From positions 1-64,000 of the forward strand of contig JYFJ02000248.1 of NCBI GenBank assembly GCA_000934665.2: a DNA stretch of 64,000 nt, written 5' to 3'. The stretch comes from Catajapyx aquilonaris (taxonomy: Eukaryota). Made by a program: the position numbers and the translations under genes. How positions within the stretch are numbered: position 1 is the stretch's first letter; every line of letters starts with the position of its first letter. Shown here in pieces: positions 51,423 through 64,000 of this stretch. The notes under the pieces were generated by a model. It was given only the letters and a program-made list of their open reading frames with translations, ran no database searches and had not been told where the DNA came from.

Positions 51423-53756
51423 ATGGATTTGTCACACGATTCGGGATGCAGAAAAGGTGTCATTGTAGTGGCCTCAGGATGTGCATTGCTATGGGCTGTC
51501 AACAAAATCAGGATCTGCCTCAAGCAGGTGAGCATCTTTTTCTTACAAGTGACGTGTTGCAAAAAGCACCGTTTTTTAAAATCCAGAGGGCAATCCAGCA
51601 ACGGATTATTGCAAAGAGGCAAGAAAACGAAAGGAAGCTGGAGTTTCTCGCTTCCAAAATAGCTGTCAATGGCGTGCTTCTGACATATGAACGTGTCCAA
51701 ATACTGCGCCTGTCCACCAAATCCCTGATTCAGAAAATGAAGAGTGGGGAATTACCATGTCTGAAGGTTCTGCGTGCATTTCAAGCCAAGGTAATGGGAT
51801 AAGTGAACGCAGCTTGATTTGTGTTTTGAAACTTGTTGAAATCTTACAGGCAATTGAAGCAACCAGAAAGTGCAACTGCGTCGTGGAGTTTATCAACGAA
51901 TCCGAGGTAAAAATACAATGTTGCAATTAAATAATTATGGATCTTACTAATCACATACGAATTATTCAGGAATGGATAAATGAAATCGAATCATCAGGCA
52001 GCACAGATTGTCCTCTGTACGGACTTCCAGTCAGCATAAAGGAAGGCTTCGGAGTGGCCACCTACGACTCGACCATCGGATATGCCAAATTTTTGGGCGA
52101 CAAGGACCCATCTGACTGCGTCCTAGTGTCCACCTTCAAGCAACTTGGGGCCATCCCCTTCTGCATAACAAACGTTCCTCAGAACCTGATCAGTTTTTCC
52201 TGCAGCAACCCAATCTACGGCTGCACCTCGAATGCCACTCATCCAGAGAGAAGTCCTGGAGGCTCCAGCGGAGGAGAATCAGCCCTGGTGGCTGCTGGAG
52301 GATCGGTTCTGGGTATTGGAAGCGACATTGTTGGCAGCCTAAGAATTCCAGCGCAGTTCTCTGGCGTGCCTACTTTCAAGCCCACCATGAATCGGTTCAG
52401 TAGCAAAGGACAAAAACCATCTGTGCCTGGTATACAGGGATGTACGTTTCCAGTATTTAACCCCACAACTACTTACCAACGTGTGTACTACAAATATCAT
52501 TTTTGTTAGTACACAACAGTCCAGGATTAGTCGCTCGAGATGTTGACACCATAATACTAGGCGCCAAAGCATTTTTCCAGCTGACAGATGGCATGCACAA
52601 TATGGATCCCCAATGCGTGCCAATTCCATGGCGTGAAGAGGTAATGAGAAATATTGCGTAATTATTAAAGCCCAGTCCATGTCATGACACAATGAAGTCA
52701 CATTAGACCAAAATGTGCGGTTCTAAAAATGCTGTTTTAGGATGAATTATTACACCCACTGATCTCATGTCTTTATAGCTGTTTCAGAGCAAGAGCAAAT
52801 TGCGATTAGGTTACTACGACTCTAGCAACGTGTTTCCTTCCACTCCTGGCGTGAGAAGGTCCGTGGCAATGGCCGTCAAGTGTCTCAAGGCAGCCGGACA
52901 CGAGCTGGTTCCATTTGACTGCCCGGATTCCTTCGAGGCAGTGGATCGAATGATGAAGCTGTTTCTGGCAGACGAAGGAGAGATAATGAAGTCATATTGG
53001 GAAGATGGCCCGGTGGACACAACGCTGTACCATTTGCATCTCAACTTCCACATTCCTTACTGGCTCAAAGTCATCCTGTATCCATTTGTCAGGCTCATGT
53101 CGAAAAGAGCCACGTACATGTTGTTTGGCGGTAAAACTGAAATAATGGCAGCTAGCCCTGGTGCTTGAACTAGGGTTTCATATTGCAGCCACAAGATCAG
53201 GACAACTGTGGCGATACATGCGAGATCGCCAGGATTTTATCACTAATGTGATCAAAAAGTGGAGAGAGGCCAAATTGGACCTTTGCCTTGCACCAGGATT
53301 CGCTTGTCCTGCTCTGCCTATTAAGAGCTGCTCGACGTTGACCCGTAAGTGCTTCCAGGCCTACAATGTTGCAAAAACTAACTGTGGCTTAGCAAACCTG
53401 CAGGTATCTATTAGTAAAATAATTACTTCCGTTCCAGCCGCTTTCATGTGCACGGCGATATATAATCACCTGGACTTTCCTACATGCAGCGTTCCAGTGA
53501 CTTACGAGACACCCGAAGATCAAGCCACACTTGAAACTTGGGACACCCATGGAGATTATCTTTTAAAATTGATTAAACAGGTATTTGTACTGCGTTGCCA
53601 GTGTGATTGCAGTTTTACAAATGGTTTATTATGCAGGGTGTCAAAGGAGGTGAAGGTCTGCCTCTGTGCGTGCAACTCATCGGTTTGCCTTGGGATGAAG
53701 AGCTTGTGCTGCAAGGAATGCAGGCCTTGCAACAAGCCCTGCAGTCACATAATTAG
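51423..53756 (+). CDS. FAAH: FAAH-like amidase, copy 4 (9 coding exons)
   Basis: [29 protein letters not shown]. In-frame GT-AG introns. Confidence 0.88.
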
Positions 53757-55440
53757 CAATGCTCCTGGCTGTAGCTCAAGTGGTACAAAATATTGTCCGA
53801 CTAATAAAATAATTAACGTAAAATAGAAGTGTGTCTGCATCATTATGTTGTAACCTTAATTTGATTAATATCTCCCCAATTACTCACAAGAAAATAATTT
53901 ACAACATTATAAGAGTAATTTTTACAAATTTGTATAACATGTAGTGTCTCATTGTGCTTGAATTGTTACGTACACCACAGGCTACACGTGTGACTGTGAA
54001 CCAACGGTGGGTTGATGCCCGCTAGACAAGGTCATCAGGACAGACACAATCAATCACTTGTTATCTGAGCCCTATTCATTCGGAATCGTTGTCTAACTCC
54101 ATTATTTGCACTGAGATGTATGCAGAAGCCAGGCTGCACAAATAGTTCGTATAGCCTGGAGCAGTGCATGTGAGTCACAGGTTCATTTACATTTCACATG
54201 TGCACTTCCCTTGTAGCAATAAAGGCAAAAGGTCTCTCTCGCTCAAACCATTGTACGTGCTCAATTCAAATAAAATGTCGTGGAATTTCAGAAATCGTTG
54301 TGATCTGTAAAATAGATCAGTGAGTCCATAATTATGGGCAATTGGTGAAGTTATGATGTGTCTCTCTCTTTTTTTGCAGCATTTGCATAAAATGCAGGTG
54401 TGAAAACAAAAGAGAAAGTAATGAGTTTCCTGATATCGTGTTGCCTACGTGCATGGAGAACAAAAAAAATGTCACATCATCGAAGGACTAGGCACCGTTT
54501 AATTTGTAAAAATTAATTTTTGAACATTTTGGAATAATTTGAACAGTTCACTTGCTATGAAACTTTGTGTGCATTATTCTGTACAGTATTTGTGCCTTTC
54601 ATCTGCATATATGCAAGAGTTAATAGAAGTTATTCGTTACCCACGCAAGAAATCTGAAAGTATGAATGACGGGCGTTGTTTGAAAATGGTAATAAACTAT
54701 ATACTGATTGTCATAAATAATAGTACGACCGGATGTTAGTATTTTAAAGGTCCGGTCACAAATAATATTTAAAGCACAGGAAAGAACTTTCACGCTGCAA
54801 ATTGAAATTCTGCGCCTATCAAAATATGGCATTATGTAATTTGATCTACTTGTATTCAACAGATTCGTACTCTGTACACTCCAGTTCGATGTTAACAAAT
54901 TGACATAACAGTGTTACTATTACACCCATTCAAACACGTAGACGTGGAACACTAATCGCCCTTTATATCACTCAACCTTGACTTTGATCTTACTTGCACT
55001 TGAATCTTGGCACAGTGGGAATATCTGAAGTGCATCTTATGCAATTTGACGGCTTCCATACTTAGGAAGCCTATATATTTTTGTGCCCCCAATCCCTCCG
55101 TGCCCCCACCTTACCCCCCCAACCTCAGAATACTCATGTATAGGAATCTGTAAGAGTCCAGGAATAGCAAAGCGCGAAGGCTCACTTCACAAGGGTACAA
55201 GGACAGCCGGCTCAGATAAACCATTGCCCTCTACAGAAGGCAAGGTTGCTCGAAAAATCCAGTCTCGCTCAGACCGACGCGACGTGAGATTCACTCCGTG
55301 GGACCGGTACAGCCCTCATATTACAACACCATCAAGGTCAGAACTCAAAGAGAGAGCTCCACTGATTGGACCGGCATTATTAATAGTTAAGCTCGTTTGC
55401 AGTACTTGTAGAGAGTGTTTAAAAAAAGAAGGACGGAGTG

Positions 55441-58260
55441 ATGGCCAAGGAAATGTTCCGCAGGGCGCACGAGACGTCAGTGGACATCATGGATGACCTG
55501 TACGACAGGCTGATATACGACGTGGGTGCAAAGAAAGCGGCCATCGCTGCTGCTGCGGCAGTGTCCGTTTACGTGGTGGTCAAGAAGGTGCAGTCGCAAT
55601 GCAAGCAGGTCAGTTACCCATTAAGCTAATCAGACTTATGTGATTTACTCAGTCTGCAACATATCGAGTGGTTGTGATTACAACAATTATTTCTTAAATT
55701 GTGTGTCGTCTGAGCAGATTGGTGCTTTTATGCAGATACAATTATTAATACTAATGTCAATATGTGGTGAATTTTATTTCAGAGGGCCTACAAGAAACGT
55801 GGAGAAGAAAGGCAGAAGGAAATGGTGCGTCAGAGAGACGCTCTGGCTGCCAAGATTGCGATGAATGGGGTACTGATGACACCTGAGAGGATTGAGATCT
55901 TGAACACTCCGACTGAGACTCTTATCACCAAGATGAAGAGCGGTGCTCTATCCTGCGTCAAGGTCTTGAGGGCTTTCCAAGCCAAGGTGAGTTCAATGTT
56001 CCCTGTTTAATACGCACTACTATTTAGTCCACAGCGTGTTATACAGAATTATAAAAGATAAAAAAGTTAAATAAATCCTCCTCGAATCTTACAGTCAGTT
56101 TCAGAATCTTCCAGTGCAAACTTTTGAGAAAATGTGATAAAAGCTCCGGCAAAGTCTTACGTCGTTTTCCCCAGAGCCCAAATTTCTAAATTTAGATTAC
56201 AGTAGTTTTTGCTTCCAGCTGTTACTAAAATACATGCCACTAACTACAGTAATTGTATATACACACCATCTGTAAACAAAACTGCTCTTTGAAAACATAC
56301 TGTATTATATTATGAATTAATTTTTGCAATTTGTCTGTAAAGCAGGAGTAACTTAGTTTGCATTTTTGAACGAGTAAGTGTACATCCATTCTCCAGACTA
56401 GCCCTGCAATAACACTGACAATTTTGTCTTCTTTCCAGGCAATCGAAGTCACACGGAAGAACAACTCTGTGTGCGATTTCATCGAAGAAGCCGAGGTGAG
56501 TCATAGCCATGTCGTAAGCAAAATAGCGGGTCGCTAACACTAGTTTTTTGTCAGGAATGGAGCCGTGCCATGGAGACAAACCCCAACCAGGACTTTCCCC
56601 TGCGTGGTCTCCCAGTCAGCATCAAGGAAGACATCGCAGTTGCCAACTACGATTGCACCTTGGGGTACGTCAAGTACATCGGAAGGACCGAACCGGTGGA
56701 CGCAGTGTCCGTGGCAGCCATCAAGCGTCTGGGAGCCATCCCATTCTGCAAGACCAATGTCCCTCAGACCATCATCAGCTTCTGCTGCACCAACCCTGTG
56801 TACGGAACCACCACCCACTGGACCCATCCGGACAGGAGTCCCGGAGGATCCACAGGAGGCGAGCTGGCCCTCATTGCTGGAGGAGGATCAGTCCTGGGAA
56901 TCGGAAGCGACATCCTGGGAAGCCTCAGAGCTCCTGCCCAGTTCTCTGGGTATCCGTCGTTCAAGCCAACAAAGGACAGGATCAGCGGGAAGGGACAGAG
57001 GCCGTCTGTACCCGGAAGCACAGGAGGTACACACTATGTTTAATAAATTATAAAAAAATTCACATATGATATGAGATGAGAGACCTTATTATGCCAAATA
57101 ATTTCAGTGCACAATTCGGTCGGTCTGAACGGCAGGGACGTGGACTCTATCTTGCTTGGAGCAAAAGCACTTCTGTCCAACCCAGGCATCATGCACGATT
57201 TGGACCCACAATGCGTGCCAATCCCATGGCGCGATGATGTAAGCTGCTTGCTTACTGGCACAATTTATAGGACCGTCATTGACTTAAATCGGTGTTTCAG
57301 TTGTACAAAGGCAAGACCCGGTTGAGGATCGGCTACTATGACTCCAGCAACTTCTTCCCTTCGACTCCTGGAGTCAAGCGATCTGTTGCAGTGGCCGTGA
57401 GGGCCCTGAAGTCTGCCGGACACGACTTGGTTCCCTTCGAGTGTCCAGACTCCTTCGAAGACGTGGAGAGGATCATGAAGCTGTTCCTGGCCGACAACGG
57501 AAAGCTGATGATGACCTACTGGGCAGACGAGCCGGTTGAAGAAGCATTGTATGCCATGTACCTCAACCTCAGCCTGTCGCCTTGTGTCAAGGGACTGTTC
57601 TATCCTTTCCTGCGCATGTTCTCCAAGAGGTTATCGCACGTTTTTGGAGGTAACATTTGCAATAATGAGCTGGAAATTGTTTACTTACACCTGTCAACTT
57701 ACAGCTACCAGATCCGGACAACTATGGGCCTGCATGCGAGAAAGACAAGAGTTCATCAACAACACAATCCGAAAGTGGAAGGAGGCCAAACTTGACCTTC
57801 TTCTTGTGCCTGGATTCGCAGTGCCCGCTGTTCCTACCAAGTACTGCTCCTACATTTTCCGTAAGTAGGGTGGTCGATGCCAAGGAATTTTCTCTCCAGA
57901 CTATTGTCCTCATTATATGCGTACCTTGACCAACAGCTGCCATGATGTGCACTGGGATATACAACCACTTGGACTTCCCCACTGGCAGCGTGCCAGTCAC
58001 CAAAGAAACTGCTGCGGATCAGGCAGCTCTCGACAACTGGGACACACAGGGTGACTATGTGCTCAGGTTGACCAAAAAGGTAAAAGAAAATTTGCCAAAA
58101 AAAATTGCAATGCAGCCTCTAATTTTCGTATTTTCCGCAGGCTGTAAAAGGTGGTGAAGGACTTCCATTGAACTGCACTCTGGTGGGATTGCCCTGGGAT
58201 GAGGAACTTGTGTTGCGTGGAATGAAGGAGTTGCAGGATGCTCTCAGGGCCGGAAAATAG
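55441..58260 (+). CDS. FAAH: FAAH-like amidase, copy 5 (9 coding exons)
   Basis: [29 protein letters not shown]. In-frame GT-AG introns. Confidence 0.88.
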
Positions 58261-59966
58261 AAAGTCGTGTGGAGAAGAGTGGCCTACAAACCAAAATAAT
58301 TGCGAAATCATGCGGGTACTATGCCCGTTGATCCTGCTTAGAAATATTTTTTCTTACAATGTGAATAGAAAAAAGGCAGAATTTGAAGTTTGTGTCACTA
58401 ACATGGGAATAAAAATATAAATGAAACTATATGCGCGCGTATGTTGATGATTTTTATGATTTCATATATAGGGAAGTTGCAAACTCGCATAAGGAAGAAA
58501 TGCACGTCCTGTTTATAGTAAAATTGTGCGACAATTAAACATCATTATTTTAAGCTTCCTCTTTCCTGTCATGCGTCTCAATAATTATTGAGCAGCCATA
58601 CTGTGGTGTAATTATTACATTTTCATCACGATGATGAGCTAATCAGGCCTCGAATGGATTTTTACGTTTAGAGCTCTTTCAATTAACATGGTGTCTGGCC
58701 ACCATATTATGCTTCAATGTATTACAATGCCAAGTTAATAATCCGCCTTTTGATTGCCTACTTCTACAAAGAACGTTTACAAGTACACTACATGCCTGGG
58801 GAAAAAGTTTCGAGGATCATAACGACCTGGGAAAATTTCGAGGCGTGCACTTTTCACCCTGAGAGTGTCAATGTAAAATTCACATCTCAGCTAAAAAAAA
58901 ATACGTGAGAGATACGTTGACTTCCGCATTTTTTTTGCGGAACTGTGAGTCCTCATGGACATATTACTTACATTTTTTGTGATTCCTAATACCAGCATGT
59001 ACTGTACTACAGGTAGAGTAGTACGTTCAGGTTCATGTAAGTGAACTTAATGGCATTAATACTACTTTTGCACACGGCCGTACAAGCCTAGACTTTAGAC
59101 ACAAGTGCTAAAGAAATGCAAGCAAACATTCCGGAACATTTTTGTGAACAACCACTCCCTTGTTGGGAAAAAATGCAAAGAATCAAGTCGTCAAATATTT
59201 GTGCGTGTATTTGCACATTTTACCATACTTGGCCCTGACACCAATTTTTATATATGTTTCCGGACTTCATGTCGCCACCTACACTCAATAACCATTGCGG
59301 AAGGAATATATTTACTTCGTAGCGACAGAAGCACGCCAGTTACTACACAACCAGCGTAAATAAGTCTTACGGTCAACAGTAATATTTCCACACATTCCAG
59401 CCGCAACCTCTTTTTCATTTCATTAGTCATGCCCTCTATGAAATCAGGTGTCTTCTCACTTTCCCTTTGGAAACCGCCACGTGAGACGTCCTGCTTGGAA
59501 GTGCTGCCATTACCTTTTATACTACTACAAAACGTAAGTACACCGTATATCGTAATCGCCTAGCAGCCCCATGAAGCCTTGACCAATGACCTTGAGACTT
59601 TACTCTTTAAGCCGTGTATGCTTGGAAGGCCATGTAAAAAAATATCACGTAATGTAATCTTATAGGAGCTTCCTCGTGTGGAATGACCCGAGTATAACCG
59701 TGCCCATATCGCAGAACAGACGTTCCTCCCTAGCTCTCCAATATACAGTAAGTGTACTGTGAAAATATTCTACAAGTAATATGGGAAATGTGCGAGTATT
59801 TTTGAGGTTAAACACACACACACATTAATTGCGTGAATATTTACGTGTGAAATCAGCCTACATTGGACACGAATGACCTCCACAGGTCCACGGGCGTGGA
59901 AGAAAGGAAAATAAAAAAAAAAGAAGCTGAGAGAGGCGAGGTTGCCGAATAGCCGGTCCTCCAACC

Positions 59967-62924
59967 ATGGCCTCCTCTTGTTTGGCCGCCCTTTACGAAT
60001 CGGCCACCGAGATGTGGCAAAATCTTCTGGTCGGCGCAGATTCCGAGGCCTTTCCAGTAGCCCGCCAGATCGTGGCAGTGGCCGTTGCTGGTTTGGCCAT
60101 CCTCATGACCACCAAAGCTCTCAAGCTCTGCGCTTCCAAGAAGGTAAGAAACTGAATATTTGCAACACTTATCAACACATTTACGGATCTAATTAACTGT
60201 GGTAGAGAGCATTACAAGAGAGGATCAATGAGAGGAAAAAGACGAGGGCCAGACAGGTGGAGGAGCTGTCGGCCAAGATTGCGGTCAATGGAATCCTGGT
60301 GACCCCTGAGAGGAAGGAGATTTTGGAGATGCCGGCGGATGCTCTGATTTCAAAGATGAAGAGCGGTGGAATCAAATGTGTGGATGTGCTCAGAGCATTT
60401 CAGGCTAAGGTACTTGTGGTTTATCTATAGTGCGTATCGCCTTCCAAAGAGTGCGTTGAACTGATAGGGACAAGCCTTTGACCATTCCAGCGTTGTTAGC
60501 TTAGATTATAGAGGGACAAATAGATATATCGGTATCGCTGTACTAACAAAGCGGGTTTAATGGGGACAGCGGTTAATTCTTTAACCGGGTAAACTATTGG
60601 AAAATGTCGAGCTATTAATATCACTTTGAAAGATTTGTCACCCTGAAAACACTCCACATTAATTTCCTCCCCAGCATATGCTAGTAAACCTACTTGTGGC
60701 CGTAATCTCTTCGTCTGCAACACAATAGCCTGTAACAAACAGAACAGCAATTCAGCAAATCGTGTGTGCAAGGCGTGATTAATGACCACGGTTCTTTCAC
60801 CTCGAATTTATCACCTTTCCAGGCAATAGAAGTAACCAGGGACATCAACTGCGTGGTGGAGTTTATTAACGAAGCTGAGGTATTGTACTGCGGATTGTTT
60901 GTGTGCACATGAGAATTCTAAGCAGTGATTGGGTTTTTATAGGAATGGAGCAGTGCTTTGGACATGGCTCCCAATCCGGACCTTCCCCTGTGCGGTTTTC
61001 CAGTCAGTATCAAAGAAGACTTTGCCATCACAGGGTACGACAATACCTTAGGATACGCCAAGAATATTGGAAACTTTCAGTCATCCGACGCTGTCGTAGT
61101 GTCCACCTTGAAAAAGCTTGGAGCAGTCCCTTTCTGCCGCACAAATGCCCCTCAGTCATTGATCAGGTTAGAAAAATATTTTCCACCTGTTATTTAAAAA
61201 ATACCTAACATTTTAAACTATTTTGTTCTTCAGCTATGCCTGCAGTAATCCGATATATGGAGCAACTAAGAATCCTCACGATCCAAATAGAGGTCCTGGA
61301 GGTTCATCTGGAGGTGAAGGTGCCTTGATTGCTGCAGGAGGATCGTTTTTCGGACTCGGTAGTGACATCGGAGGAAGTGCCAGGATACCTGCACTCTTCT
61401 GCGGTATTGCTTCTCTCAAGCCAACCACAGGCCGTCTAAGGTGGGAAACGTCTGCAATTACGTTGTGTGCGTGACTATAATTTGTAAATAATCGTTGCTT
61501 GCTGTTTCAGTGACAATGGGCAAATAGCAGCACTTCCGGGAATACAAGGCTGTAAGTTTATGCAACAAAAACTCAATTTATAGAGTTTGCACTAATTGCT
61601 TTCAACTATTGCTGCTACTTGTGTTAACTGACCCTTGCATTGTATATTTAAGTACGGAACAGTCCTGGTTTTCTGGCCAAAGACGTGGACACTGTCATCC
61701 TGGGCGCGAAAGCAGTGTTTGGCAGCGGACTTATTCACGAACTGGATCCTCCAAGCTTACCAATTCTATGGCGAGAAGAGGTATATTTTGTTTCATTTTT
61801 TTTCTAATACATAACACTGCCAATATGTCAGCTCATTGTGGGCCTCCAAACTGCAGTTGTACAGTGGCAAGAAAAAGCTTCGTATCGGTTACTACGACTC
61901 GAGCAACGTGTTTCCTCCAACTCCCGGAATCAAAAGAGCCCATGGACTGGCAGTGGAGGCGTTGAAATCGGCTGGACACGAACTAATCCCATTTGCATGC
62001 CCGGATTCAATGGAAGTCTGCCATCGCATGGTTAGAGTACTTATGGCAGACAACTGCAAGTGCACGGATGAATTCTTGTAAGGTTTTTTTTGCTGTAATT
62101 ATGACGCTTGTCTTACTAATTTAATGTTCGTTGCTTTTCTAATGGTATAGTAAGGACGAACAGGTGGATCCTGCACTAAGGGATCAGATCATGGTTGGGA
62201 AGTTGCCAAAATGGATGCTGAAAATGTTACATCCACTTCTCAAGAGGTTTGCTCTGCGCGCATCCTTCATTTTTGCAGGTATGAAAATAATGAGGTGACA
62301 ATTATTCCGATTAATCAAAATGCTAATTGCTTGGTGCTTATTTCTAGACACCAGTTCTCACGAACTTTGGAAGTCAATGAGTGAAAGGCAGGAATTCATT
62401 AATCAGACAATTTGTCAGTGGCGTGCCTCCCGACTGGACGTATTGCTGGTTCCCGGATTTGCATTTCCAGCCATTCCTAATAACAGTTGCGGACTCTTAT
62501 TTTGTAAGTTCATCATTGCCATAAAAAATTGCATATGTTTAACGAATTTTATGCAATTTCTTCAGCTGGTGCAGTGTACACGATGCTTTTCAACCACCTG
62601 GATTTCCCAGCTGGAGTGGTGACTGTGACAAAGGAGTCCGCAGAAGACCAGGCTCAACTTGACTCTTACGACACACAAGGAGACTACATCTTGAAGCTTA
62701 CCAAGAAGGTTTGTCAATTGACAATTGAAATTAAATAAATAAGGATCTGCCTTACGAGGTTGGTTGTACTGTACCGAACACATTTCAATTGACTATTAAT
62801 ACCTTAGGTGGTTCGTGGAGCAGAAGGATGTCCCCTTGGCGTCCAAATAGTTGGACTTCCCTGGCAGGAGGAACTTGTGCTGAGAGGAATGAAGGAGCTG
62901 CAAGACGCTCTTAGGAAAAAGTAG
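59967..62924 (+). CDS. FAAH: FAAH-like amidase, copy 6 (12 coding exons; most canonical amidase signature)
   Basis: [33 protein letters not shown]. In-frame GT-AG introns. Confidence 0.9.
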
Positions 62925-64000
62925 ATGGGATTCCCCCAGTGGAATTACTGTATTAATCAAGTTTCAGCGAAATGATTGGGACCATTTTTGAAGTTTCTGA
63001 TAATTTTGCCATAATATGATGGATTTTTTTCGTGTAAGATTTCATATCCATACAGTTCATTGAAAGTGAGAGATTGGTGCATCAGTCACTCTGTAAGCTC
63101 TTGATGCACTCTACGTTAATAAATGGTTTGTTACCCATATGTTTAAATAATCGGGTTGTTTTTGTGGCGGTAAGTGTGTCGCATATCTGGGACCTTTTCA
63201 TGAATATTACTTGTATTTTGTTTTCTGCTCGATTTGACTGGATTCCCACCAATATTTATTACTTTAAATTTTTCAAATAGTTCTTCAGTGCTCCTTTTGT
63301 ATTCATAAAACAGTTTCAGCAGTTTCAATTTGAGTAAAATATGTTCTCAAGTCAGCAAAATATTATAATAAAATTACTCCATTGAGAGAAAAATTCCACC
63401 TAGGTGCATTGCAGTGGTTGCTACTTCAAATGGACGAGCAATGAATAATAGGACTCCTATGATTTAGGAAATGATTCTTCTCACTCTTTCTGGCGCTATT
63501 TGAGAAAACATATTTGGCAATATTGAGGAGGTGAATGCAGTATCTTATCACAGTTAAACAAAATGAATTCAAATAAACTCTTTGACCCTTCTCGTTATCA
63601 ACAGTAATGTCGTATAACTACAACATCAAAACGTCCAGTTCTGCTTAGGATACATTCTTACTTCGATGGTAAGCTATAATAATAATGTAGATAAAGACAT
63701 TGTACAAGTAGTAGGAAATTGATTTTAATACTGTCTCTGCAGTATGGAACACATTGAATCAGTGGAATGTGGGAGTTATTCGAACTACTTCATTTAAACA
63801 TGTAATAATAATGTATGTCATTCTGTGGCTTATGGACCCTTTCCCATTTATAACGTATCAATAGAGACGACCTTGAAAGAAAAAGGAAAACCTGGAAAAG
63901 GAGGGCATACGTATATACGCATGAAGCCACAACACACATCCTGACATGGTACGCAGCAGGTAAAAGCGGCCTTGACACAAAATAATTCATCCTGCGTCAT

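Noticed and set aside
56548..57069. Overlapping long ORFs in alternative frames over a FAAH exon
   Set aside because: Shadow frames of a GC-rich exon. Only the amidase frame is conserved among paralogs.

Overview
Eukaryotic (invertebrate, probably arthropod) genomic window with compact introns, mostly about 50-100 bp. Gene order: 5' part of CLCC1 (-), head-to-head with CENP-P (+); Di-Ras GTPase (-); about 20 kb of non-coding DNA with scattered MITE-like hairpins; Dmrt93B (+); then six tandem, apparently intact FAAH-like amidase genes (+). The first 3.1 kb is a nested mobile-element structure inside a CLCC1 intron. It is a foldback-like element with ~700-bp modular terminal inverted repeats (TIRs), into which a 5'-truncated RTE-X-like LINE has inserted with a 15-bp target-site duplication (TSD). 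The host element supplies an in-frame ATG, giving a chimeric, uninterrupted 458-aa RT ORF. A tRNA-derived SINE in the Di-Ras intron shares its 3' stem-loop motif with that LINE. The FAAH array shows patterned intron loss, two GC-AG introns and divergent oxyanion-hole residues. Gene identities come from recalled family motifs, not database searches, and exon boundaries were read by hand.
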